Source: Thermoplasmata archaeon
Lineage (GTDB): Archaea > Thermoplasmatota > Thermoplasmata > Thermoplasmatales > ARK-15
DNA: 64,000 bases
Assembly: GCA_039794005.1 (NCBI GenBank)
Contig: JBAMMA010000017.1
Span: 92,837 to 156,836 of the forward strand
Direction: 5' to 3'
Every line of letters begins with the position of its first letter. Within the stretch, counting starts at the first letter, position 1. The notes beneath the pieces are model-generated. The model made no database searches. It saw only the letters and a list, made by a program, of their open reading frames with translations, and had not been told where the DNA came from. Shown here piece by piece: positions 22,522 to 32,988 of this stretch. The position numbers and the translations under genes are program-made.

Positions 22522-23487
22522 ATGTTTATATTGGTTATTTCCAACACATTAGTTGCACAAATTCCAGGTATTACTGAGGCTGGAGCGAATATTGAATTGA
22601 TTAAATATACGCCTGTTGCAGATGCAGAATTTCTATTTTATTCTAAACCCATTTCAATAGATGCAATACCGGTTACACCAGAAGGACATCCTACTCCCGC
22701 AATAATTACCAAGGCAGTAAAGAATATTTTGAATTTTCCCATAATTGTTGTTAGATCTGGGACAATATTATATCCAAAGATACCACACATTTTCATTCAT
22801 GAAAGGCCAGGGGAAAACATAATGGAAAATGATGGCCTTCCACATATTGACGAAATTTTAGAAAGGTCTGAGTTACTTGGAATGGAGTTTTCAGATTTAT
22901 TTGATAATGTTTATATTGCTGAGAGTGTTCCAGGAGGAACAACAACATCCCTTGCCGTATTAAATTCTTTAGGTTATGAGGCAAGTGTTTCTTCGTCAAT
23001 GAAAAACAATCCTATAAATTTGAAAAGAAAGATTGTTGAGAATTCATTGAAAAGGAAAAAGGCAAACAGTTGGTATGAAAGTTTGAAATATTTTGGGGAT
23101 CCAATGATGGCTTTTATAGTTGGATTTTCTCAGGGTTTTAAAAAAGAGGTCTATCTTTTTGGTGGGACACAAATGTTAGCTGCTGCCGCATTAATGAAGG
23201 AGACAGGTAAAATGCCTAGGAAAATTGTTACAACAAGATACGTTATAGAAGATAAAACTGCAACATTTTCGTCTACAGCAAAAGATATAGGAGTGGAATA
23301 TTATGCATCATACTTGGACTTTTCAGATTCAAAATATTTTGGCCTAAGGGATTATGAAAGTGGCATGGTAAAAGAGGGTGTCGGAGCAGGTGGATCGGTT
23401 TACCTTGCTGAAAAAGCCGGTATAAAATGGGAAGATATAAAAAACAAGATAGAAGAAATATATGAAAACATTATTAAAAAAAGATAA
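22522..23487 (+). CDS. cobT: archaeal nicotinate-nucleotide phosphoribosyltransferase (CobT-like)
   Basis: IPGITEAG, TPVADAE, PTPAIIT, ESVPGGTTT, GGTQM, VKEGVGAGG. Confidence 0.9.
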   Translation: MFILVISNTLVAQIPGITEAGANIELIKYTPVADAEFLFYSKPISIDAIPVTPEGHPTPAIITKAVKNILNFPIIVVRSGTILYPKIPHIFIHERPGENIMENDGLPHIDEILERSELLGMEFSDLFDNVYIAESVPGGTTTSLAVLNSLGYEASVSSSMKNNPINLKRKIVENSLKRKKANSWYESLKYFGDPMMAFIVGFSQGFKKEVYLFGGTQMLAAAALMKETGKMPRKIVTTRYVIEDKTATFSSTAKDIGVEYYASYLDFSDSKYFGLRDYESGMVKEGVGAGGSVYLAEKAGIKWEDIKNKIEEIYENIIKKR

Positions 23488-24046
23488 TAATATTATAATA
23501 TCGGAATTTTATGAAAATTTATTCACGATTACATCATCCAATTTCAATGGAAAATTTGGATACAAAAGAGGATTTTACATAAAAGGCATTAAAAATTATG
23601 TAAAGGATTTTAAAAAATTGCACAAAGAGATATTAAATAAATATAAAATTAAAAATTACACTGGATTTTTTACACTTGCAAAAATTCCAGACCATTTTTT
23701 CTACAATTATGAAAATAATATCGAAATCTTCACAAGCATAGGCATTTCACACGTATGTTTTCCAGGAGAAATTTGCAAAAAAATGGGCACAATAAATATA
23801 ATTATAGTTTTATATGAAGAATTAAAGGTCAACGCCTCAATAGATATATTAAGCCTAGCATCATCAATTAAATCATATTATTTATGCAAAAATGGGTTGG
23901 GATATTCAACACCATCGGATGCAATAATGGTATCATTTAAAAAGGGCAATAGCATAGAGTATGCCGGTCCATCAACAAAAATTGGATTCAAAATATCCAA
24001 AATGATATCAGATATTTTTGAAGATTATTTTAACAAATTTCATTGA
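23462..24046 (+). CDS. cbiZ: adenosylcobinamide amidohydrolase CbiZ-like protein (diverged)
   Basis: GTINII, STPSDAI (cf. GTxTDA), YAGPSTKIG; cobamide cluster context. Confidence 0.6.
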   Translation: MKTLLKKDNNIIISEFYENLFTITSSNFNGKFGYKRGFYIKGIKNYVKDFKKLHKEILNKYKIKNYTGFFTLAKIPDHFFYNYENNIEIFTSIGISHVCFPGEICKKMGTINIIIVLYEELKVNASIDILSLASSIKSYYLCKNGLGYSTPSDAIMVSFKKGNSIEYAGPSTKIGFKISKMISDIFEDYFNKFH

Positions 24047-25467
24047 TTTTCCATTAGCTCTATTATTCTCTCCATTTTTACATTTTTTTCCACTGTTTCA
24101 GCAATCTTTTCAATTATTTCATCAACATTGTAATTTAATTCTACATCATCTATAAACATTTTCATAATTGACTTCATGAAATTTTGATTTGCAAATATAT
24201 CATGAATATATGTTCCAATTGCATTTTTCCCGACTGATCCATCGTATCTCTTTATGGGGATCATATTCTCTTTATAAACAATGCTGAATGGATTACTAGA
24301 TTCCGTATTCCCAAAATGTATCTCATAACCTTTTACAATCCCCTTCATTCTTTCATCGATTATTTCAGCCTCTACCATCGTTGCCTTCTTTGTATTACTA
24401 AATACCGTTTTTGAATCCAATAATCCCATTCCATTTATTTCTCCAATTTTAGATTCAAAATTGTCGATGATCTTTTTACCCATCATCTGATAACCACCAC
24501 ATATTCCAATAACAAGTGTTCCATCCCTGTGTAATTCTTTTATTCTATCTTCAATGCCATTTTCCCTTATATAAATTAAATCATCAACGGTTCTTTTTGA
24601 ACCGGGAATTATAATGACGTCCGGGTCCTTTATATCCTCAGCTTTCTCTGCAAAACTAATTCCTGCATCTTTAATAAAATAAAATGGATGAAAATCTGTG
24701 GAATTAGCAATGTTTGGCAATTTTATTATTGAAAAATTTACCTTCCCTTTTTTCCATCTATAATCGAATAAACTATCTTCCATTGGCAGGAAATCTTCCA
24801 TATAAGGGATTGTCCCAATATGTTCTATTCTATATTTTTCCTCTAGATATTTAATGGCAGGTTCCAACAATTTTTCATCTCCTCTGAATTTATTTAAAAT
24901 GTATCCATGGAATTTTATTTCATTGGCAAGCATTATTGTACCTACAATTTGTGCAAATGCGCCACCTACATCAATATTAGATACTAAAATGTTTACAGAA
25001 TCAATTCTTTTGGCCAATTCCCTGTTTGGCAAATCATATTCAATGTTAATTTCCGCTGGAGATCCAGCACCTTCTATTATTACTATATCATTTTTTTCTC
25101 TCAATGCATTTAAACTTTCATAAACATAATTGAAAAATATTTCTTTTTTTGATTTAAAATATTCATACCCATCTATTTTTCCATAGAATTTACCCATCAA
25201 TATCGTGTGTAAACTATCCTTTTCTGGTTTCAACAATATGGGATTCATCCTGGCTTCTGGAATATTTCTTGCAGCTTTTGCTTGAACGTATTGTGCATAG
25301 GCGATTTCTCCATTGATTGCGGCCGCTGAGTTTAATGACATGTTTTGTGCTTTGAATGGGGAGACCTTGAAACCCATGTTTGAAAATATCCTTGCAAATG
25401 CTGTTACCATTGTACTCTTTCCTGCTCCAGACATGGTTCCCATTATAAACAAAGGCTTAATGCCCAT
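24040..25467 (-). CDS. cobQ: cobyric acid synthase
   Basis: GTMSGAGKS, PFKAQNMSLN, NPILLKP, EGAGSPAEIN, GICGGYQM, GYEIH. Confidence 0.95.
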   Translation of the reverse strand: MGIKPLFIMGTMSGAGKSTMVTAFARIFSNMGFKVSPFKAQNMSLNSAAAINGEIAYAQYVQAKAARNIPEARMNPILLKPEKDSLHTILMGKFYGKIDGYEYFKSKKEIFFNYVYESLNALREKNDIVIIEGAGSPAEINIEYDLPNRELAKRIDSVNILVSNIDVGGAFAQIVGTIMLANEIKFHGYILNKFRGDEKLLEPAIKYLEEKYRIEHIGTIPYMEDFLPMEDSLFDYRWKKGKVNFSIIKLPNIANSTDFHPFYFIKDAGISFAEKAEDIKDPDVIIIPGSKRTVDDLIYIRENGIEDRIKELHRDGTLVIGICGGYQMMGKKIIDNFESKIGEINGMGLLDSKTVFSNTKKATMVEAEIIDERMKGIVKGYEIHFGNTESSNPFSIVYKENMIPIKRYDGSVGKNAIGTYIHDIFANQNFMKSIMKMFIDDVELNYNVDEIIEKIAETVEKNVKMERIIELMENQ

Positions 25468-26425
25468 ATTTTATACCCTCATGATTTCTTATATCCATTC
25501 CTTTTAATAAATTTATCAATAGATCATTTTCTTCTTTCTTTCTGATTGAAAATCTTATGTATCCTTTCAATCCAAAAGATTCACAGTTTCTTACTAATAT
25601 GTTATTTTTCCTCAGATATTCAAAGAGATCTATTTTGTCGGAAGTAACTAAGAAAAAGTTTGCGTCGGATTTTATATTAAAAATATTTTCAAACCTCTTC
25701 TTTTCTTTCTTTATATATTCAACAGTCTCATAAACAAAATTATAATTTTTTATTGCATATTCTGCAAATTTACATCCAGTAATACCCATTGACCATGGAA
25801 TCGAGAATTCCCTCATTTTTTCAATGTATTTTTTGTTTCCGAAGGCGTATCCTGCCCTAATACCTGGAACTCCAAATTGTTTTGTCAGACTTCTTAGTAC
25901 TATTATATTATCTGAATAATGCTCTTTTTTAATATCTGAAAAATCAATGTATGCCTCATCTAAAATAACTATGGAATTTTTTCTTTCGGCTGTTTGAACA
26001 ATATCATCTAAATCAATATATTTACCTGTGGGATTGTTTGGGTTTGATATAAAAACTATTGCATCTGACTTTATTAATTCTGATGGATATGGATCTATAT
26101 TTTTCAAAACATCCTTCTTCATATTAAAAAGGTCTGCTATTCTTTCATATTCCTTGTATGTTACATCCATAAACCTAGCGACTTTACCAGAGAATGCATA
26201 TCCAACTTGGTATAAAAGTTCAGTAATTCCTGCAGAGAAAATTACATCATAATCTATTTTGAATTTTTCCTTTATCATATCTTCAATATATGAGCAGTAT
26301 GGATATCTTGAAAAATCGTATTTTATTTCATTTAAAAATTCTGGAATATATGGATTAACATTTGAAGAAAAATCAATCATATCGTATTCAGACGGTCTTG
26401 CACCACCATGGAAAATTGAAGACAT
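25457..26425 (-). CDS. cobD: threonine-phosphate decarboxylase (PLP-dependent)
   Basis: HGG start, DFSSNVNP, NPNNPTG, DEAY, RSLTKQFGVPGIRAGY; lies between cbiB and cobQ. Confidence 0.85.
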   Translation of the reverse strand: MSSIFHGGARPSEYDMIDFSSNVNPYIPEFLNEIKYDFSRYPYCSYIEDMIKEKFKIDYDVIFSAGITELLYQVGYAFSGKVARFMDVTYKEYERIADLFNMKKDVLKNIDPYPSELIKSDAIVFISNPNNPTGKYIDLDDIVQTAERKNSIVILDEAYIDFSDIKKEHYSDNIIVLRSLTKQFGVPGIRAGYAFGNKKYIEKMREFSIPWSMGITGCKFAEYAIKNYNFVYETVEYIKKEKKRFENIFNIKSDANFFLVTSDKIDLFEYLRKNNILVRNCESFGLKGYIRFSIRKKEENDLLINLLKGMDIRNHEGIKYGH

Positions 26426-27287
26426 ATATCAACACCCCCGTTATAATAACAATTGTATAAGAAATAACAATGGTTATCTTTAAAGCTTTTATTACATCTT
26501 CTCTTTCTGGCAATGGACCAAAATCAATTCTATAATAACCTATCTTTTCAAGGGTTCTTTTCAAGATTGCGGCCATCGGGGCCATTGTATACATTCCATT
26601 AATCTTTAATTTTCTGTATTTTTTAAGGGCGATTTTTACTTCTCTGAAAGAAAATGGTAAAAATAGAATAGAGGTTAATCTGGCAGGTATAAAATTTAAA
26701 ACGTCATCAAGTCTTGCAGCGAATTTTCCAAAATAAAAATATCTTTCATTCTTGTAACCGATCATTGAATCCATTGTGTTTACTATCCTATAAAACAGTG
26801 CACCAGGAATTCCAAATATTAAAAAATAAAACATGGGTCCGGAGATTGAATCTGTAATAGATTCTGCTGATGATTCTATGGCAGCTGAATATAAATGATT
26901 TTTATCTAAATTTTTTGTATCTCTGCCTACAATCTTTGAAACATTCTTTCTTAGATTATCAATGTTGTCCGTATCGCAAGATTTTACATGCCTGATCAGG
27001 GAACCTATGGAAAATGTCGATTTAAATATATAAATATCTAACAATATTTTTATATATATATTTAATTTCAAACATTCAAAATATATAAAAGGTATTAAAA
27101 AAATTATTATCGTAAATATTGAAAATATTGACCCAAATAAAATGTCTATCTTTCCCTTTCTTCTGTAAATCTTGTCAAAAAATCCTATGGTTTTTCCGAT
27201 CCAAACAACAGGGTGAAAATATAATGGATATTCTCCAAATATATCAATAATTATTGAAAATAAAAATACTATAAAAATGTAGTTCAT
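26388..27287 (-). CDS. cbiB: adenosylcobinamide-phosphate synthase
   Basis: HPVVWIG, VGRDT, ESSAES, YRIVNTMDSMIGY, DDVLNFIPARL. Confidence 0.93.
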   Translation of the reverse strand: MNYIFIVFLFSIIIDIFGEYPLYFHPVVWIGKTIGFFDKIYRRKGKIDILFGSIFSIFTIIIFLIPFIYFECLKLNIYIKILLDIYIFKSTFSIGSLIRHVKSCDTDNIDNLRKNVSKIVGRDTKNLDKNHLYSAAIESSAESITDSISGPMFYFLIFGIPGALFYRIVNTMDSMIGYKNERYFYFGKFAARLDDVLNFIPARLTSILFLPFSFREVKIALKKYRKLKINGMYTMAPMAAILKRTLEKIGYYRIDFGPLPEREDVIKALKITIVISYTIVIITGVLIYVFNFPWWCKTV

Positions 27288-28006
27288 GGATATATCTGTA
27301 TTGCATTCTTTTCACTTGATTTTATTCTAAATGCCCTAACATTTAATTCATTATTTATCTTTTCTATGCATTTATCAACCGATTTTTCACTGGGCCTTGG
27401 AAAATTTGGGGAAACTTCAATCATCATATCTATCCTTAAAATTGGGTTTTCAATCAATCCCGAAATAAATTTTGAAATTTCATATGAGTTATCGCATCCA
27501 AGCATATTTTCAGAATATACCGTTTCAAATGTAAACTTTTCATTCACCAATCTTTTTAAATTTTCTAATGATTTCGTATTGTCCCTTTTTGTTATTTTAA
27601 TATGCTTTTCCCTATCAAGCGTTTTTATTGAAAATGATATTCTATCTGATAATTCTACGATTTCATATGTTAACAATTCTCCATTTGTCAATAAATTGAT
27701 CTTAATTCCAAGATTCTTTAAAATTTTGATGAGATCGATCAATTCTCTATCTAATGTTGGCTCACCACCTCCTAAAAATACCTCTTTTATTTTATTATCA
27801 TTTAAAATTTTAATGATGTCGCTAATCTCTAAAAAATTGATACCTTTGAAATCTATTTTCTCAGAATGTATGTCATATCTTGATTTTTTTAGTATGCAAA
27901 ATTCACAGTCCCAATTGCAACCATAAAAAAATAAATAGGCGGAAGAGTCTGGAAATTTTGTTATATGATATACGTTTGTCATCTCAGCTCGATAGGTATA
28001 TCTCAT
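27284..28006 (-). CDS. radical SAM protein (activase-like)
   Basis: GCNWDCEFC (CxxxCxxC), GGGEPT, LLTNG. Confidence 0.85.
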   Translation of the reverse strand: MRYTYRAEMTNVYHITKFPDSSAYLFFYGCNWDCEFCILKKSRYDIHSEKIDFKGINFLEISDIIKILNDNKIKEVFLGGGEPTLDRELIDLIKILKNLGIKINLLTNGELLTYEIVELSDRISFSIKTLDREKHIKITKRDNTKSLENLKRLVNEKFTFETVYSENMLGCDNSYEISKFISGLIENPILRIDMMIEVSPNFPRPSEKSVDKCIEKINNELNVRAFRIKSSEKNAIQIYP

Positions 28007-28982
28007 TTATGGTTAAAGGACTTACCTCATTTGCCAAGTTCGGATATAGTGTAACGAAAATTTCATAAATACCGATGAAAAGCTGTGGACCTGGTTCCTC
28101 AATGTAATAATCCGGTAAGATTATGAAATGTTTCAACTTTACGGCTGTCAAATTGGAAAACATGCTGTTATTTACAAATTGTGATAATAGAGATTCTTGA
28201 TCTTGGGAAACTATAATCCAATTAGGATTTGCATTTACTATATTTTCAGGATTTATTATAAAATATCCAACACCGAAAGATGCGATGTTTATTCCACCTG
28301 CACTTATGATCATATCATTTATGAATGTGTTTTCTCCTGCTGTCCATATTGGATTATACCAACCCAAGTAAAATACAGTTGACCTGTTTTTAATATTATG
28401 TAAAACATTGTTTAAATTATTTTCAAATTTTTCTAATGCATTAATTACCTTTGTTGCATTGTTTAAATCATTGGTTGCATAACCCAATAAAAATATGTCA
28501 TGTATGATTCCATCCAAATTCTCCGGATACATAAACAGAACAGGTATTCCAGCATTTTCAATCTGTTGTATTGCGTTGGGATCATAAATTCCTCCAAATG
28601 CCAATACCAAATTTGGCTTCAATGACAAAACCTTTTCCACAGATACATTTGTTAATCCTCCTATTTTTGTTATATTCTTAGCTGATGGTGGATATGTGTC
28701 ATATACAGTATCACCAACAATATATTTACCAAGGCCTATAGAATATGCAATTTCCGTGCATGATGGTGCTAATGACACAATTCTATTTACAGGTTCTTTT
28801 ATTTTTACAATGTTATTTAAATCATCGATTACTGTTACATAAGTGTAATTTGTGGTTTTATTTTGCATTGTAGTATTGTTTTGCATATATGTTTTATTTT
28901 CCATTGTATTAAAGAAATATCCGGCTGAAAAAGAGACTATTATAACTAAAACCAAGATTATTGCAATGATCCAACTTTTCAT
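27984..28982 (-). CDS. btuF: cobalamin ABC transporter substrate-binding protein
   Basis: N-terminal anchor, RIVSLAPSCTE, TFINDMI..AGGINI, EPGP. Confidence 0.85.
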   Translation of the reverse strand: MKSWIIAIILVLVIIVSFSAGYFFNTMENKTYMQNNTTMQNKTTNYTYVTVIDDLNNIVKIKEPVNRIVSLAPSCTEIAYSIGLGKYIVGDTVYDTYPPSAKNITKIGGLTNVSVEKVLSLKPNLVLAFGGIYDPNAIQQIENAGIPVLFMYPENLDGIIHDIFLLGYATNDLNNATKVINALEKFENNLNNVLHNIKNRSTVFYLGWYNPIWTAGENTFINDMIISAGGINIASFGVGYFIINPENIVNANPNWIIVSQDQESLLSQFVNNSMFSNLTAVKLKHFIILPDYYIEEPGPQLFIGIYEIFVTLYPNLANEVSPLTINEIYLSS

Positions 28983-29067
28983 ATCTTTCACCGAAACTAA
29001 AATAAACTTTAATTATTTAAAATTTATTTGAAAAAGTTTTATTAATATTATTTATTTAGTAAAAATC

Positions 29068-29649
29068 ATGAATGATACATATTCACTCTATAAACTTGCG
29101 GAATCGACTGTTTGCATGATGAAGTGGAATGATTGTGTTTATTTTTATTCAATATTGTTAGAAAGGAATGATATACCCGGTGAATTGTTAGCTGGAGCAT
29201 GGCATGGGTATGGGGATTGTTTGGAAAAAATAAAGAAAAAGGAAGAAAGTCTAAAAGCATATGAGAGGGCGCTCGAATATCATATGAAAGATGCAGTTAA
29301 AAATAATAAAGCGAGCTCATACCTATGGGGTTCATGGGCTGCATTAAAATTGAATAAAACGGATCTGGCATATGACATGATTAAAAAATCCTTGGACCTG
29401 GATCCTGACTATGCATATTCATGGCTGACATATTCCGTTATTTCTTCAAAATTGGGTAAAAAGGAAGAATCAGAATATGCAAGAAATATGTATAAAAAAC
29501 TAATTGAAATAAGACCTTACAAAGACAGAATATGTGAAGGTCTTGAAATGCTTAAATCGGTTATTGATAATCTGGATGGGGATATAAGAGAAAGGGCTGA
29601 AAATATATTAAAAAATACGAAGTGCAAGGAAAATGTTAATAAAGAGTGA
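29068..29649 (+). CDS. tetratricopeptide-repeat protein
   Basis: AWHGYG...YERALE and SLDLDPDYAYSW TPR-like units. Confidence 0.7.
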   Translation: MNDTYSLYKLAESTVCMMKWNDCVYFYSILLERNDIPGELLAGAWHGYGDCLEKIKKKEESLKAYERALEYHMKDAVKNNKASSYLWGSWAALKLNKTDLAYDMIKKSLDLDPDYAYSWLTYSVISSKLGKKEESEYARNMYKKLIEIRPYKDRICEGLEMLKSVIDNLDGDIRERAENILKNTKCKENVNKE

Positions 29650-30643
29650 AAAAAACAGGGAGTATTTTACTATTTCAATCATTTTTCTCTCTATTCTATC
29701 AATAATATTTTCAATGGCGATAGGGCCTGTTAATATAAGCATATCAGAGATTTTGGAATACCTTTTTCTTTTAAGGGATAAAGGAACTGTTGGTATTATA
29801 TTGTGGGATATAAGGATTCCTAGAATATTCTTGGCATTTTTGGTAGGATCTTCTCTGGCATCCGTTGGGGTTGTTATGCAGTCTATTTTTAGAAATCCAC
29901 TTGCCGATCCATATATAACTGGGACTGCATCAGGAGCTGCTTTTGGTGCTACTTTGGCAGTAATAACGAATTTGTATTTAATCTCATTCTTGTACCTTCC
30001 ATTTTTTGCATTTCTTGGCGCAATGTTTGCAACCACTCTTTCATTTTTCATATCTTATTTATCTGGCAACAGAAGAAATGAAAACTTACTTTTAGCGGGC
30101 CTTGGCATTTCTATATTTTTGTCTTCTTTGGTATCTTATATGATGTATATGGATGGAAAGGATTTGGATTATTTGTTCTATTGGCTTATGGGGAGTTTCA
30201 GCGGTGCACAAATGTATATGGTATACACGGTATTTTTAATATTCATTCCATCTATAATAATATTGATAATATTTTCAAGGGATTTGGATTTATTCATGAT
30301 TGGGGAAGAACATGCAAAGACCCTTGGAATGGATGTGAATAAAAAGAGAATTATGTTTTATTTTATTTCATCACTACTTACTGGAGTCAGCATATCATTT
30401 GTAGGCATTATCGGATTTGTTGGTCTTATAATACCCCATATAATAAGAATAATTGGTGGTTCCTCAAACAGATTTGTTTTATTTAATTCAATTTTTCTGG
30501 GAGGTTCATTCATGGTAATTTCCGATACAATTGCAAGATCATTCAACATCATTGAAGAATTACCTGTAGGGATAATAACATCATTGATTGGGATACCGTT
30601 CTTTTTATATTTAATTGCCATTGAAAGGAGGTACTGGACATGA
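29633..30643 (+). CDS. btuC: cobalamin/iron-chelate ABC transporter permease
   Basis: IRIPRI, FRNPLADPY, GEEHAKTLG, GIIGFVGLIIPH, ELPVG. Confidence 0.88.
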   Translation: MLIKSEKNREYFTISIIFLSILSIIFSMAIGPVNISISEILEYLFLLRDKGTVGIILWDIRIPRIFLAFLVGSSLASVGVVMQSIFRNPLADPYITGTASGAAFGATLAVITNLYLISFLYLPFFAFLGAMFATTLSFFISYLSGNRRNENLLLAGLGISIFLSSLVSYMMYMDGKDLDYLFYWLMGSFSGAQMYMVYTVFLIFIPSIIILIIFSRDLDLFMIGEEHAKTLGMDVNKKRIMFYFISSLLTGVSISFVGIIGFVGLIIPHIIRIIGGSSNRFVLFNSIFLGGSFMVISDTIARSFNIIEELPVGIITSLIGIPFFLYLIAIERRYWT

Positions 30644-31422
30644 TAAAAATTAAAAATCTTAATTTTTCATATAATAATGAATTTTCATTAAATAATATTA
30701 ATATGGATATAGAGGATGGAAAAATAGTATCAATCCTTGGACCTAATGGATCTGGAAAAACTACAATTTTAAAAATTATTTCAGGAATAATTACAGATTA
30801 CAATGGAGATGTTTTTATAAACAATAAAAATTTGAAAAAATTCAGTAGAAAAGAATTATCAAAAACAGTTTCATATGTTCCCCAGGACCTGAATATTGCA
30901 TTTGATTTTACAGTAAAGGAAATAATATCAATGGGAAGATATCCCTATTTATCTCCAATTTCAAACTTCAATAAAGAGGATTATGAAATAATTGAGAGAG
31001 CAATGAAAATTACAGGAACTAAAAATATTGAAAATAGATCAATAAAAGAAATATCAGGTGGAGAAAAACAGAGAGTATTGATAGGAAGGGCCCTGGCACA
31101 AGGATCAAAAATTATTTTACTTGACGAACCGACCTCGAATCTGGATATAAAATATCAATTGGAAATTTTAAAAATATTAAGCAATTTGGTTAAAAATGAA
31201 AATAAGACGGTAATAATGAGTATGCATGATATCAATCTTTCAATAAGATTTTGCGATGAAATATATCTAATATCTAAAGGTAAAATCGTAGAAAAAGGGG
31301 CCCCAGATGATATAATAAATGATAAAACACTTAGTGATGTTTACAATATAAAGGCAAAAGTTTTAAGGAATGAACATGGAAAAATCTCGTATATTTTTCC
31401 CGAGGAAGTTAATGGGCATTGA
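30640..31422 (+). CDS. btuD: cobalamin/iron-chelate ABC transporter ATP-binding protein
   Basis: GPNGSGKT, SGGEKQR, LLDEPT, MHD. Confidence 0.88.
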   Translation: MIKIKNLNFSYNNEFSLNNINMDIEDGKIVSILGPNGSGKTTILKIISGIITDYNGDVFINNKNLKKFSRKELSKTVSYVPQDLNIAFDFTVKEIISMGRYPYLSPISNFNKEDYEIIERAMKITGTKNIENRSIKEISGGEKQRVLIGRALAQGSKIILLDEPTSNLDIKYQLEILKILSNLVKNENKTVIMSMHDINLSIRFCDEIYLISKGKIVEKGAPDDIINDKTLSDVYNIKAKVLRNEHGKISYIFPEEVNGH

Positions 31423-32679
31423 TAGATGTCTTCTTGCTACATCTGGAACTTCATAATAAATTTCATTTAAATCTCTTTCTAACTTCAATTTAACCTTTTC
31501 TGGAGAATATGTGTTACATTTCTTACACCTAAAACCTTTATCCTTTCCCATAGATTCCATTGATCTATTGCATATAGGACATTTTGGATTTACTAATACG
31601 TATTTTTCTTTTAACTTTAAGATTTTTATCTTTTCTAAATTTAATGTATTATTATACTTTTTAACAGATCCGTATAAAAGTAAACTATCTCCTATATCCA
31701 ATTTTTTAATTATTTGCCTGAATTGTAATGTATGATCATATGCTATAGCATATATTTCCCCTGTACCGTCAGAAACCTTAAAAATAACGTGACCACCCTT
31801 TATCGTTTTTGGCTTTTCTATTACCTTGGCCTTTATTATATAAGATCCATACTCCTTTATTTCTGAAATTTTTGATTTTACTAGATGATCATCTGTGGCC
31901 TGATTTGTTTTATATATTATATATGAATCGAAAGGATCTGAAACGACAATTTTCATAGCCTTTTCTAAATCTTGAAAATTTGTACCCCTTATACCATATA
32001 GAACTGGTGTTAAAGTTTCCGGTTTAATCATGACTTTTTTATTTAAATAATCATAATTTTCAAATGTTGTTTTTATCATTTTATCCATCATTATAACGGA
32101 ATTTTCGTCTACATATCTATCTTTATTCCAGCGATCCTCAGGTAAATATGTAATCAATTCATAAGTAAATTTTCTAGGCCTCCATGAGATTGCGGCCAAA
32201 GCCCCTATTAACCCAGTCTTGTTTTTATAGGCCTTATAATGAAGGCCATTCAAATATCCCTCAACATCGTTCAAATTTACTATTTCCCTTACTGCTTTCC
32301 AATATAATTTTTCACTCACCTTATCTTTTGTTATTATTATTCCAGGGGATGTTTTTTCAACATCAAATCTTGCATACCTTTCAACAATATTTGATATCGA
32401 TTCCATTAAATCTTCAATATCAGGCTCTTCTTTTATTTTATAATAAGCATAAATATCTTTACCTTTTACATTCCCAATCTTTATCTTTTTACCTTTTCCT
32501 ATTCCTAATCTAATGGCTATAGCTGCATTCCCCCTGGTTTTCCAGGGAACATTTGGATTCAACCTTACAAGTCTTGGAAGTCCAATGAAATCTAGTTTGG
32601 TTTCCTCTGCAATCTTTATAGTAATATATGTAGTACACATTCCTTCTGGACCATCTGTATCATCTATGCCTACCCACAT
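31363..32679 (-). CDS. tiaS: tRNA(Ile2) agmatinylcytidine synthetase
   Basis: GIDDTD..GMCTTY, RLNPNVPWKTRGN, TNQATDDH, OB fold and a C-terminal Zn ribbon. Confidence 0.95.
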   Translation of the reverse strand: MWVGIDDTDGPEGMCTTYITIKIAEETKLDFIGLPRLVRLNPNVPWKTRGNAAIAIRLGIGKGKKIKIGNVKGKDIYAYYKIKEEPDIEDLMESISNIVERYARFDVEKTSPGIIITKDKVSEKLYWKAVREIVNLNDVEGYLNGLHYKAYKNKTGLIGALAAISWRPRKFTYELITYLPEDRWNKDRYVDENSVIMMDKMIKTTFENYDYLNKKVMIKPETLTPVLYGIRGTNFQDLEKAMKIVVSDPFDSYIIYKTNQATDDHLVKSKISEIKEYGSYIIKAKVIEKPKTIKGGHVIFKVSDGTGEIYAIAYDHTLQFRQIIKKLDIGDSLLLYGSVKKYNNTLNLEKIKILKLKEKYVLVNPKCPICNRSMESMGKDKGFRCKKCNTYSPEKVKLKLERDLNEIYYEVPDVARRHLSMPINFLGKNIRDFSMFIP

Positions 32680-32735
32680 TTTATTAAAATTAATAGTTGT
32701 AAAATTTATAATTTACTCTTTTTATTATAAATATA

Positions 32736-32984
32736 ATGATAAGTGAAATATTGGCAGGAGTTCAATTCATTCTATCTCTATTTTTTACAATAATTTCCCT
32801 TAGGTCATTCATAATTAGGAAGGATATGAAATATGGATTTTTCTTGGTATCTATGTTATCTTTTATGATTGAATCGATATTAATTTTATATAATTACACG
32901 TTTCAATATTTAACTCCAATATGGTGTTTAATTTCATTTAACCTGGTAATCATGGTATTTCTATTCCTATCCTTGGTAAGGTGA
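32736..32984 (+). CDS. small three-TM membrane protein
   Basis: 82-aa hydrophobic ORF 4 nt upstream of an HTH gene. Confidence 0.65.
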   Translation: MISEILAGVQFILSLFFTIISLRSFIIRKDMKYGFFLVSMLSFMIESILILYNYTFQYLTPIWCLISFNLVIMVFLFLSLVR

Positions 32985-32988
32985 TCAC

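Noticed and set aside
31363-32679. tiaS and pdaD in the same window as a novel link
   Set aside because: Agmatine supply for agmatidine is established, and the genes are about 23 kb apart
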